From: an uncultured Gammaproteobacteria bacterium
Lineage (GTDB): Bacteria > Patescibacteriota > Microgenomatia > PFEM01 > JAPLYW01
NCBI GenBank assembly: GCA_965230945.1
Contig: OZ246397.1
Span: 239,701-303,700 of the forward strand
Direction: 5' to 3'
DNA length: 64,000 nt
The notes under the pieces are model-generated. The model saw nothing but the letters and a program-made list of their open reading frames with translations, ran no database searches and was not told where the DNA came from. Positions 9,666 through 18,025 of the stretch are shown here, in pieces. The position numbers and the translations under genes were made by a program. Each line of letters opens with the position of its first letter. Position 1 is the first letter of the stretch.

Positions 9666-10241
9666 CTACTCAGATAAATCTTCTTCGTCCCCAATTAACA
9701 TTACTTTTGAGGCTGATAAAATACCCAATAAAAATGGATCACGTCTTTTTTTGCGAAAAACAAATTCCTCTTTTTTCATGACGCTGTAATTAACTTCCCG
9801 GCCTAATTTACTTTCGGTTTCTCTTACAATTTTAGATAGCTTTTGTATATCGACATCACCTACCACTAATAAATCAACCCCCTTTTCTTTTGTCGGCAAA
9901 CCCCTGGCCATTCTTCCCGAAAGCATGGCAAAACGAATATTGCCAAGTTTAACCTTCCTTTTTACGATCTCACCGCCCAAACCAGCCGTTTTAGAAACTA
10001 AAGAAAGTAAATCTTGATACAAAGGATAGTCTTTATTAAACCAATAATAAATTCTATTACCCCGATTTTCTTTTTTAACCATGCCTCTCTTCTCCATCCG
10101 CTGTAATTCTCTTCTGACGGCATTAATCTCCTCACTAATCAAACGCACTAACTGACGAATATAAAACATTTCTTTTGGTTGAGAAAGAAGAGTTTGGAGC
10201 AGTTTAGCTCGAACTTTGGATACCATCAGGTCTTGGAGCAT
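9666..10241 (-). CDS. Winged-helix regulator with C-terminal degenerate nucleotidyltransferase-fold domain
   Basis: N-terminal wHTH (IRQLVRLISEEINAVRRELQRMEKRGMV). C-terminal FAMLSGRMARG...GVDLLVVGDVD resembles the Pol-beta NTase hG[GS]...DxD motif with substitutions. Confidence 0.5.
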   Translation of the reverse strand: MLQDLMVSKVRAKLLQTLLSQPKEMFYIRQLVRLISEEINAVRRELQRMEKRGMVKKENRGNRIYYWFNKDYPLYQDLLSLVSKTAGLGGEIVKRKVKLGNIRFAMLSGRMARGLPTKEKGVDLLVVGDVDIQKLSKIVRETESKLGREVNYSVMKKEEFVFRKKRRDPFLLGILSASKVMLIGDEEDLSE

Positions 10242-10253
10242 AATTCCTTAGTT

Positions 10254-11417
10254 TTAATAACTAATTTCGTTCCCGGCAGGAATAATTTCAATCCAGATAG
10301 GCCCGCGATTTAAGACAAGTTCCTTGCCTTTCTTATCAGTAAAGATGGTTCTCGATTGACGATCATCCTTCTCCCAGCTACCGACAATGGCCTCCCCATC
10401 TTGAAAAACAATCGCCTTTCCTGTCCCAATCGTTTTGTAAAGAAGATGTTTTAGTTCATTAATCGGTCCTGTTTCTCTCGTGGACTGAATAATGACTGTT
10501 TTGGCTTTAATTTGAGAATCATCGTTGTTATCCTTGTGAGACTGGCCATCATTAAAGCGTAGATATTGGTTGTTTTCTTTATCATATTCCCACTTAACTG
10601 CATAATCTTTACTATTTCCCCAAAATTCAAAGCCAATTTTGTTTACCCCACCTCTTTCTTCAGTCGCTTTATCGTCTTTGAATTTCCAAGAAACAAAATC
10701 TTCATCCCAACGGTTACCATCTTCATCGACATTGGTAAGCTCTCTTTTTTGAGCCACTTGCCAAAGTTTTTCCGTAGTGGAATACATCGTATGTTCCGTC
10801 GCTACTGGATGACCTATTCTTTCGTAGTCTCTCCAAAAGACAGGAAAACCCAAGGAGAATTGGTTCATGTCATTTCCCTTAGCCAACCATCCATAATCAC
10901 CAATTTGGCCTAAGGCATTAGTCTTACCTGGTTTATTAGCTCCACCGACATGAGCGTAAAGAGGATAGTCACCATATTCTGAGGCAAAATCAAGAAAGTA
11001 AGTTCGGGCGGAACGTACCGGCCCTAAGATTACTTCTTGAGCTACAGCACCACAATAATAAACGGCCAAGAAACGAGTAATGCCACCCTCGGCCACTGCC
11101 TCATAAACAACATCAGCCTTAGATAATCCAGATTGAGGACGAGATTCGGCATGATTTTCGAGCATCACCGTCAATGGACGGCGTTTCTCCCAAATCCTTT
11201 GTTCTCCCTTGGTAAACATACCGCCATTTAAAGGACAAGCTTCAGTTTTAGGAGCATTAAGATCAATAGCAAAACCAGTTTTACCATCCTGTAAAGGAGA
11301 AATTAAACTTTGTGATGGTCCGCCTAAATAACGAAAGAGAGCATAAGAAATACCGCTGGAAGCTAAATACAATAGTATCCCGCTAATAATTAAAACTAAT
11401 TTTTTGTTTTTCATCAT
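10254..11417 (-). CDS. DUF3048 (YerB-like) lipoprotein-family protein
   Basis: N-terminal signal/anchor; the DUF3048 signature region LTVMLENHAESRPQSGLSKADVVYEAVAEGGITRFLAVYY. Confidence 0.7.
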   Translation of the reverse strand: MMKNKKLVLIISGILLYLASSGISYALFRYLGGPSQSLISPLQDGKTGFAIDLNAPKTEACPLNGGMFTKGEQRIWEKRRPLTVMLENHAESRPQSGLSKADVVYEAVAEGGITRFLAVYYCGAVAQEVILGPVRSARTYFLDFASEYGDYPLYAHVGGANKPGKTNALGQIGDYGWLAKGNDMNQFSLGFPVFWRDYERIGHPVATEHTMYSTTEKLWQVAQKRELTNVDEDGNRWDEDFVSWKFKDDKATEERGGVNKIGFEFWGNSKDYAVKWEYDKENNQYLRFNDGQSHKDNNDDSQIKAKTVIIQSTRETGPINELKHLLYKTIGTGKAIVFQDGEAIVGSWEKDDRQSRTIFTDKKGKELVLNRGPIWIEIIPAGNEISY

Positions 11418-11884
11418 TTAATTCTTTTTGCGCTTTTAACAGCTCTTTTTTCTTCTGCTGACAGTTCGTAGCTACTTTGCTTACCCTTCTTAATCGGTTT
11501 GGCATAAATTCTAGTTATTTCCCGACTATGTAAACTGGTAATGACAAAACCACTGTTTTCACCATCAAGCAAAGCTAAAGAGAAGCTTTGATTACCACCA
11601 GTTTCAGAAAAAGGATTAAAACGAGCCAAGCCTACTTTTTGTATATTATAAAGATTGTCTTTTTGAAGCTCATCAATCTTCTTAACCAAATCATCAATCT
11701 TTATTGCTTCTCTTTCAGAATTCTTTAAAAGTTCTTCTAAAACCGACCTTAAGTCCTTCTTAGTAATACCCTTGGTGAGCTTTCGGTAATGATTATAAAG
11801 ATTATAAAAGATCACCGACAAAAATACCAGCCAAAAAAAAATAATACCTAGTAAAATTGCCATCAATTGATCAAAAGTAAACAT
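11414..11884 (-). CDS. DUF4446 family protein
   Basis: N-terminal TM and C-terminal GLARFNPF...SFSLALLDGENSGFVITS region typical of DUF4446; ATGA overlap with the DUF3048 gene start. Confidence 0.65.
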   Translation of the reverse strand: MFTFDQLMAILLGIIFFWLVFLSVIFYNLYNHYRKLTKGITKKDLRSVLEELLKNSEREAIKIDDLVKKIDELQKDNLYNIQKVGLARFNPFSETGGNQSFSLALLDGENSGFVITSLHSREITRIYAKPIKKGKQSSYELSAEEKRAVKSAKRIK

Positions 11885-11926
11885 AACTTGATTTTAGAAA
11901 GCTTTCATGCTATTGTCAATTAGAAA

Positions 11927-12214
11927 ATGGGCAAAAACCGCAAGACCCGCAAAGAAAAAATCATCCTCCAGCTCAAACGACAGCTTCACCAACAAGCCCA
12001 AATTGTTTCTGAACCCAAAAAAAATAAAATAAGTCAAGAGGCAATCCCAGTTCAAGCTCAAACTGAACCTATTCAGGTTCAAGAAGAAAAAAAGGGTGAT
12101 GATACGGCCTTTTCAGGTGACTTGAAGCTTATTAGAAAAGATCTACTCAAAACATTAATTTTAACCTTTATCATTGTTAGCTTCGAATTAGTGTTATACT
12201 TATACCTGAAATAA
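11927..12214 (+). CDS. Hypothetical small protein, basic N-terminus and C-terminal TM helix
   Basis: The ORF is the only reading of this stretch and lies on the plus strand between two minus-strand genes; no SD. Called weakly. Confidence 0.3.
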   Translation: MGKNRKTRKEKIILQLKRQLHQQAQIVSEPKKNKISQEAIPVQAQTEPIQVQEEKKGDDTAFSGDLKLIRKDLLKTLILTFIIVSFELVLYLYLK

Positions 12215-12254
12215 TCTTTCCTGTCCGAGAAAAGAGAGGAGGTGAAAGAGAACA

Positions 12255-12398
12255 ATGGCATTAGATTTTTATTGTGTAAAGTGTCGTACCAAAAGAAACG
12301 GTAAAGATGTCGAAAACGTCACCTTAAAAAACGGTAAGCCAGCACGAAAGGCTACCTGTGAAGTTTGCGGCACCAAGATGTTTAGAATTGGTGGTTAG
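12255..12398 (+). CDS. 47-aa zinc-ribbon protein (CxxC...CxxC)
   Basis: Strong SD AGAGGAGGTG 7 nt upstream of the ATG. Protein is MALDFYCVKCRTKRNGKDVENVTLKNGKPARKATCEVCGTKMFRIGG. Not in the ORF track because it is under 60 aa. Confidence 0.55.
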   Translation: MALDFYCVKCRTKRNGKDVENVTLKNGKPARKATCEVCGTKMFRIGG

Positions 12399-12420
12399 AT
12401 CAACTTAGGATTTAAATCCA

Positions 12421-12465
12421 ACAAAAACCCGCTTACTCCTTAAAGTGTAAGGTTGGGTTTTTGTT
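12421..12465. terminator. Bidirectional intrinsic terminator-like hairpin between convergent genes
   Basis: AAAAACCC-g-CUUAC...GUAAG-guu-GGGUUUUU. The stem is flanked by an A-tract and a U-tract, so it can act on either strand. Confidence 0.45.
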
Positions 12466-12474
12466 TGAATGAAG

Positions 12475-13254
12475 TTAACTAAAAATCAAAAGCCCTATTC
12501 CTAAAAGAAGACAATAAACTCCAAATACCCAAAGTTTAGAACTTACCAAAAACCTCTTCAAAATCTTTAAAGCAAAATAACCAATCGTCCCAGCTATAAC
12601 CATCCCCCATAAAGCCTGACTAATTAAATCACCAGAAGATGATAGTAAATCAGGAATCTGCAAAATTAAGGCTCCTAAAATAGCCGGAATAGCTAAAAAG
12701 AAAGAAAGTTGAAAAGCTACATCCCTATTTAATCTTCTAAACAAACCGGCACTAATGGTCGCTCCGGAACGAGAAACTCCAGGTAGTATCGCTAAAGCCT
12801 GAAACAAACCTACAAAGAAAACATCTTTCCACTTAAGAGAACTAATCCTCTGATTTTTAAGTTTGTCCTTAAAAAGGATTGTTAAAAAAAGCAAAAGACT
12901 GGTAATAAGCAGTGAGATGCCTACTACCTTAAAAGAGTCAAAAAGAAGATTAATCTTTTTCTCCAAAAGCAAACCTACTATTGCCGCCGGGATGGTGCCG
13001 ATAATAATCAAGAGAAAAACATACCAAGATTCTTTTTCTTTTTTAAAGATTCCCCTAACTAATTTTATTAAAGCTTTTCTAAAATAAAAAAGAACTGCCC
13101 CCAAAGTACCCACATGAACAAAAACATCAAATAAAACCGGGGGTTTTAGAGCAAAAAGTTTTTGAAAAATAACTAAGTGACCAGAAGACGAAATAGGCAA
13201 AAACTCGGTTAAGCCCTGAATAATTGATAGAAAAAAGGTCTGCCACCAAAACAT
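12475..13254 (-). CDS. uppP: Undecaprenyl-diphosphatase UppP (BacA)
   Basis: Begins MFWWQTFFLSIIQGLTEFLPISSSGHL with the conserved SGH motif. The track ORF extends to 13467, but those extra 71 codons overlap the RNase P RNA and look spurious. Confidence 0.85.
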   Translation of the reverse strand: MFWWQTFFLSIIQGLTEFLPISSSGHLVIFQKLFALKPPVLFDVFVHVGTLGAVLFYFRKALIKLVRGIFKKEKESWYVFLLIIIGTIPAAIVGLLLEKKINLLFDSFKVVGISLLITSLLLFLTILFKDKLKNQRISSLKWKDVFFVGLFQALAILPGVSRSGATISAGLFRRLNRDVAFQLSFFLAIPAILGALILQIPDLLSSSGDLISQALWGMVIAGTIGYFALKILKRFLVSSKLWVFGVYCLLLGIGLLIFS

Positions 13255-13344
13255 TATCTTTATTGTAAGCTCAGGCTCACCTATAAGCAACCTAAACTTA
13301 AGAAAACTTGAAAAATGATGGCTTTCTTTGTTATAATATTGTTG

Positions 13345-13645
13345 CCTAGGAAGTCGAGCAGTCGCCCACCTTACGGTGGGAGGAAAGTCCAGACAGCTGA
13401 AGACAGGGTGGCTTCGGGCAACCGAAGCACTGTAAACTCCTGGTAGTTTACGGCTAGACAGGGCCACAGAGACTACAACTCATCTTTAAACCGAAAGGTT
13501 TAGAGGCAGAGAGTGAAAAGAGGTAACCCTCCCTGCTGCAACCTCCGATTGGCGCGTTTGTAGGATGTCTTCCCAAGCGCCGAAGCTTGAGGGCAAAGAC
13601 AGATGACTGTTTAAAACAGAATCTGGCTTACGGGCTTCCTAGGTT
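13345..13645 (+). ncRNA. rnpB: RNase P RNA (bacterial, reduced form)
   Basis: A TTATAAT -10 at 13331-13337. P1 stem CCUAGGAAG...CUUCCUAGG. Conserved P4 5' strand GGAGGAAAGUCCAG pairs with the 3' strand ACAGAAUCUGGCUUA and has the canonical bulged U. The GUGAAAAG...GGUAA core resembles P10-P12, and the locus ends in a U7 tract. Confidence 0.8.
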
Positions 13646-13660
13646 TTTTTAATGAAGAAA

Positions 13661-14659
13661 TCAAAGACGTTTAAATCGCTCGGAAGTAGAAACCTCAGAA
13701 AGAATAATTTCAATTAAAAGGACAACCGGGATGGCTAAAATCGCTCCCACTATTCCAGCCAGTCTAAAACCAGCTATCAGAGCCAAAATGGTAATCAAAG
13801 GATTAATCCCCACCTCTTTAGCCATTATCTGAGGAACAATAAATTGGTTCTCAAATTGTTGAATTAAAAAGTACAAGGCAACCACAGCCAAGGCTGTCCA
13901 AGGAGAAATGATCAACCCGACTAAAACGGCGGGAACAGCCGAGATAAAAGGACCGATATTAGGAATAATCTCCAGCAATCCAGCAAAAATAGCCAAAGGC
14001 AAAGCATATTCAACACCTAAAAGACGAAGACCAATATAAGAAAGCAAGCCGACAATAAGCATCAAAAGCAGTTCTGCTCTTACCCAGCCACCTAACTTTG
14101 TTTCAATCTTTCCTACAATTCTGGCTCCAACTCTTTCTCTAGAACCTAAAAACCTTACCAAAAACTTATCTAAATTCTTTCTTTGTAAAAGCAAGTAAAA
14201 GCTAATAACAATAAAAATAATGAAATTTAAAATATTTTGAAAGATGCCTGCAAGAACCTTTATTATGCCACCAGACAAAAGCCCAAACTTATCAACTAAT
14301 TGATTAATCTGACTATCAACTACTTTCTCATTAATACCCAACCACCTAAAAGAAGCGAAATCAGAAGGTAACCGAGAAATTAAAGTTTGCGTTTGTTCTA
14401 CCAAAGGAGGAATAATGCCGGCAATAATCAAACCAATTAGTCCAAAGAGAATAATATAAATCAAAAAGATGGCTAAAGCTCGCGGAAAATGCCATCTTTC
14501 TAGTCTATCTACTAAAGGATTCAGAGCCGCCATCAAAATAATACCAAAAAACAAAAGCGTTAAAGGACCTCTTAAATAGTAAATCAACCATAAAAAAAGA
14601 AGGAAGAAAACAGTAAAGATAATGGTGCGGTGAGAGATTTCAATTTTTCTGGGCATCAT
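13661..14659 (-). CDS. AI-2E family transporter (PerM/UPF0118)
   Basis: Eight predicted TM segments with AI-2E-like topology and a conserved C-terminal region. Confidence 0.75.
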   Translation of the reverse strand: MMPRKIEISHRTIIFTVFFLLFLWLIYYLRGPLTLLFFGIILMAALNPLVDRLERWHFPRALAIFLIYIILFGLIGLIIAGIIPPLVEQTQTLISRLPSDFASFRWLGINEKVVDSQINQLVDKFGLLSGGIIKVLAGIFQNILNFIIFIVISFYLLLQRKNLDKFLVRFLGSRERVGARIVGKIETKLGGWVRAELLLMLIVGLLSYIGLRLLGVEYALPLAIFAGLLEIIPNIGPFISAVPAVLVGLIISPWTALAVVALYFLIQQFENQFIVPQIMAKEVGINPLITILALIAGFRLAGIVGAILAIPVVLLIEIILSEVSTSERFKRL

Positions 14660-15588
14660 CTTTCAGTATACCAAACTAAAACAGCCCTTTCTACTTTATC
14701 TTGCCATTCCTTGCCCGAAATGTCAAACCATCTAATCTGCTTGTCTTTTCTAAACCAGGTTCGCTGACGACGCACATAGCCATGTTCGCTATTTTTCCAA
14801 TCCTCTATAACTTCCTCTCTAGACTTCCTACCTTCAAAAAAAGACTGCCATTCTTTATAACCAATGGTGCTTCCCAAGACAGAATTTTTAAAATGGTAAC
14901 CTTTTTTCACTAAAACCTTTATTTCTTTCTCTACTCCCTCCTTAACTCTCTCCTCAACTCGCTGATCAACAAAATTATAAAGCTTGCTTAAAGAGGTCTT
15001 TAAGCCAATTTTTAAAACATCTGCTTTTAATCCCTCTCGCCCCAAACTTTCTTTCCTGTCTAAAGCAATCTCTATGGCTCTAATTAGACGCCGCGGATTC
15101 TGACGATCAGATTTATTCATTTCTTGCCATCTTTGAGAATTTAATTTCCTTAATCTCTTTTGAAGTTCAGACAGACTCAAAGAGCCTAGTTTTTCTCTAA
15201 GTTCCCAATCAGGTGAAATACCCAAACTATCAAGACCTTCAAGTAAGGCCTGAATATAAAAACCTGTTCCCCCAGCTAAAATAGGTAACTTTCCCCTTTG
15301 CCAAATAATCTTAATAATTTTCTTAGCCGCTATTAAATAATCAGCAACGCTAAATTGATAGTCAAGATCGACCAAATCATATAGCCAGATTTTAACCCCA
15401 TCTATTAAATAAAAACCATTCTGTAATTTAGCACCCTTAACATCTTTACCAGTACCAATATCCATTCCTATATAAACCTGCCTAGAATCAGCCGAAATAA
15501 CTTCACCATCAAACTTTTTAGCTAAATAAATAGCCAATTTTGTTTTACCAGTCGTTGTTGGCCCGCAAACAACAAGCAATTTCTTCAT
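14656..15588 (-). CDS. miaA: tRNA dimethylallyltransferase
   Basis: P-loop CGPTTTGKT and the IPPT family core (ISADSRQVY...GGTGFY). Confidence 0.9.
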   Translation of the reverse strand: MKKLLVVCGPTTTGKTKLAIYLAKKFDGEVISADSRQVYIGMDIGTGKDVKGAKLQNGFYLIDGVKIWLYDLVDLDYQFSVADYLIAAKKIIKIIWQRGKLPILAGGTGFYIQALLEGLDSLGISPDWELREKLGSLSLSELQKRLRKLNSQRWQEMNKSDRQNPRRLIRAIEIALDRKESLGREGLKADVLKIGLKTSLSKLYNFVDQRVEERVKEGVEKEIKVLVKKGYHFKNSVLGSTIGYKEWQSFFEGRKSREEVIEDWKNSEHGYVRRQRTWFRKDKQIRWFDISGKEWQDKVERAVLVWYTER

Positions 15589-15650
15589 TGCCCAAATTAT
15601 AACGTGTTGCCATATCCTTTAAAACATGCTAAAAACAATTAAGGATTATT

Positions 15651-16223
15651 ATGAATAATACTCTTCAAAATCTAACCAAAGCCTTTATTGGTGAAAGTCA
15701 AGCTCGTAATCGTTATGCTTTCTATTCTAAGATTGCCTACAAAGAAGGGTATGACCAAATCTCTGAAATCTTTCTCATTACTGCCGATAATGAAAGAGAG
15801 CATGCTAAATGGCTTTTTAGACTAATCAACGAAATTAAAAAGGATAAAAAAGCTATTCAAGTTGAAGCCGAAACTCCAACTACTTTAGGAAAAACCCAAG
15901 ATAATCTTAAGGCTGCTATTGCCGGTGAAAACTACGAGCATACCCAAATGTATCCTAAATTTGCCAAAATTGCTGACGAAGAAAAACTTCCTAAAGTTGC
16001 CCAAAGACTTAGAGCTATTGCTACAGCTGAAAAACACCATGAAGAGCGTTATAAAAAGATTCTTAAAGCCCTGCAAGACAAAAGTATTTTTAAGAAAAAC
16101 AAACAAGTCTGGTGGGTTTGCCGTAAATGTGGTTACATAAGTTTTGGCAAACAACCTCCCCTAAAATGCCCCTCCTGTAATCATGAAAAAAACTTTTTTC
16201 AGTTAAAATGTGAAGAATATTAA
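15651..16223 (+). CDS. rbr: Rubrerythrin
   Basis: Ferritin-like diiron E...ExxH motifs and a C-terminal rubredoxin-like CxxC...CxxC; SD AAGGA upstream. Confidence 0.85.
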   Translation: MNNTLQNLTKAFIGESQARNRYAFYSKIAYKEGYDQISEIFLITADNEREHAKWLFRLINEIKKDKKAIQVEAETPTTLGKTQDNLKAAIAGENYEHTQMYPKFAKIADEEKLPKVAQRLRAIATAEKHHEERYKKILKALQDKSIFKKNKQVWWVCRKCGYISFGKQPPLKCPSCNHEKNFFQLKCEEY

Positions 16224-16241
16224 TAAAGAAAGGAGGTAAAT

Positions 16242-16532
16242 ATGGCTGAATTAAATAAATCATATAAATGTAATATTTGTGGCAATGTTGTTAATGTTAT
16301 GAAAGCTGGCATTGGTGAACTGGTTTGTTGTGGTCAACCCATGGCCATCGTAGAAGAACAGGCTCAAGCAACTCAAGAAGCAAGGCCTGAAATGCCGGGA
16401 GCAGCAGCAGAAACATCTGAAGCTACCCCAGTGGAAACTCCTACTGAGCAAGCTTCATCTGAACCAGCAGCTGAATCTACAACCGAAGATAAACCGGAAG
16501 AACAGTCTGGAGAAAACAACCCAAATATATAA
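16242..16532 (+). CDS. Desulforedoxin-like (Dx/Dfx N-domain) protein with acidic Ala/Pro/Glu/Thr-rich tail
   Basis: [10 protein letters not shown]...GELVCCG matches the desulforedoxin CxxC...CC iron site. A low-complexity tail of about 55 aa follows; SD AAGGAGG upstream. Confidence 0.7.
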   Translation: MAELNKSYKCNICGNVVNVMKAGIGELVCCGQPMAIVEEQAQATQEARPEMPGAAAETSEATPVETPTEQASSEPAAESTTEDKPEEQSGENNPNI

Positions 16533-16539
16533 AAATTAA

Positions 16540-17964
16540 TTAATTTCTTTTTCTCTTGCTTGTTTTTGGAGAACAGCCTTTGCCAATCCAACAAAAAAGA
16601 CAAAGTCTGTTTTTGGGTAGGCCGATGGCTTTAATCATATCACTAACCGTTTGATATCTAAGTGAAGTCACCCCTAATTCTTTACGAATAGCTTCAACCA
16701 TTTTTCTGTAATGAGGAGATTTATCATTAATAAAATTATTAATATCAAAAGGTTTTTTACCTGTCAATTTCTTGATAATCCTTCTAGCGGCTAATTCCCT
16801 TTTAGTTCTTACGGATAAAAGATAAGGGCAAGGAAACATTAAGGGTGGACAGGCAATACGAACATGAATTTCTTTGGCTTTGTTCTTCCAAAGTTTTTCA
16901 ATGGCCTGATTTTTCAGTTGAGTCCCACGAACAATAGAGTCATCACAAACAACAATTCTTTTCCCCTCAATAACACTTCTAATCGGGATCAGTTTTAATT
17001 TGGCAACTCTATTTCTTACTTCTTGAGAAGGTGGTGTATAACTGCGGCCGTATCCATCAGTATATTTTACCAAAGGCCTGCTATAGGGGATTTTAGCGGC
17101 TTTCGCATAACCTAAAGCATGAGCAATGCCTGAATCAGGTATCCCAGTCACTAAATCAACTTTAATCTTATCTCCCTTAGCCAAATTAATCCCACAACGC
17201 TCTCTAACCGTCTCAACATTAATTCCTTCATAAGATGAAGCTGGATAGCCAGTGTAAATCCAGAAAAAGGAACAAATTTTATTTTCCTGACCGACTATCT
17301 TTTTTCTCTTTAGGCCATCTTTAGTTAACAGAACTATTTCTCCGGGCTGCAGCTCTTTAACAGGTCTAAGGCCTAAATTGGGAAAAGCACAAGTTTCTGA
17401 AGTTACCGCCAAAACTCCATCATTCCTGCCAACTACCAAAGTCGTTTTACCACTCTTATCACGGGCAGCATAGATTCCCTCCTTGGACAAAATCAGTAAA
17501 GAAATAGAACCTTTAATCTGTCTAAATATATCTTCAATACCAGAAACAATATTATTTTCCCCGGCAATCAGCTTACCAATTATTTCTGTACTATTAATTT
17601 CACCACTACTCATTTCAGAAAAACTACCACCATGATTCATAAACTCTTTGGCTAATTTATTTCTATTCCTTAAAAGACCAGCTGTTACCAAAGCGAAATT
17701 ACCAAAAGAACAAGAAATAATGACCGGCTGCGGATCAAAATCACTAATAACACCAATTCCCTTTTTACCTTTTAAATGAGGCAATTCATCAATAAACTTT
17801 GATTTAAACTGAGAAGTAGAAATATCGTGAATACAGCGGGAAATTCTTCGATTAAAGACAGCCAAACCGGCTTTCTTAGTTCCTAAATGAGAGTGATAAT
17901 CCGTACCATAAAAAAGGGTCTGACGGCAGTCTTTCTTAGAAATAACTCCAAAAACGCCACTCAT
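16540..17964 (-). CDS. Amidophosphoribosyltransferase (PurF)-like: class II glutamine amidotransferase + PRTase, but N-terminal Cys replaced by Ser
   Basis: MSGVFGV...YYG..H..HLG aligns to PurF CGVFGI...; PRPP-binding motif VVCDDSIVRGTQ. Codon 2 is AGT (Ser) where PurF has a Cys codon. Confidence 0.75.
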   Translation of the reverse strand: MSGVFGVISKKDCRQTLFYGTDYHSHLGTKKAGLAVFNRRISRCIHDISTSQFKSKFIDELPHLKGKKGIGVISDFDPQPVIISCSFGNFALVTAGLLRNRNKLAKEFMNHGGSFSEMSSGEINSTEIIGKLIAGENNIVSGIEDIFRQIKGSISLLILSKEGIYAARDKSGKTTLVVGRNDGVLAVTSETCAFPNLGLRPVKELQPGEIVLLTKDGLKRKKIVGQENKICSFFWIYTGYPASSYEGINVETVRERCGINLAKGDKIKVDLVTGIPDSGIAHALGYAKAAKIPYSRPLVKYTDGYGRSYTPPSQEVRNRVAKLKLIPIRSVIEGKRIVVCDDSIVRGTQLKNQAIEKLWKNKAKEIHVRIACPPLMFPCPYLLSVRTKRELAARRIIKKLTGKKPFDINNFINDKSPHYRKMVEAIRKELGVTSLRYQTVSDMIKAIGLPKNRLCLFCWIGKGCSPKTSKRKRN

Positions 17965-18025
17965 AATCTTAGGTCCTAAATTGTAACAATAAATTTAATA
18001 ATATAAAACCCTTAAATAAGTCTGT

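Noticed and set aside
13255-13467. N-terminal 71 codons of ORF-track uppP (MALSSRKLPGVYS...).
   Set aside because: They overlap the RNase P RNA locus. UppP homology starts at MFWWQ (13254), and the extension has no homolog-like sequence.
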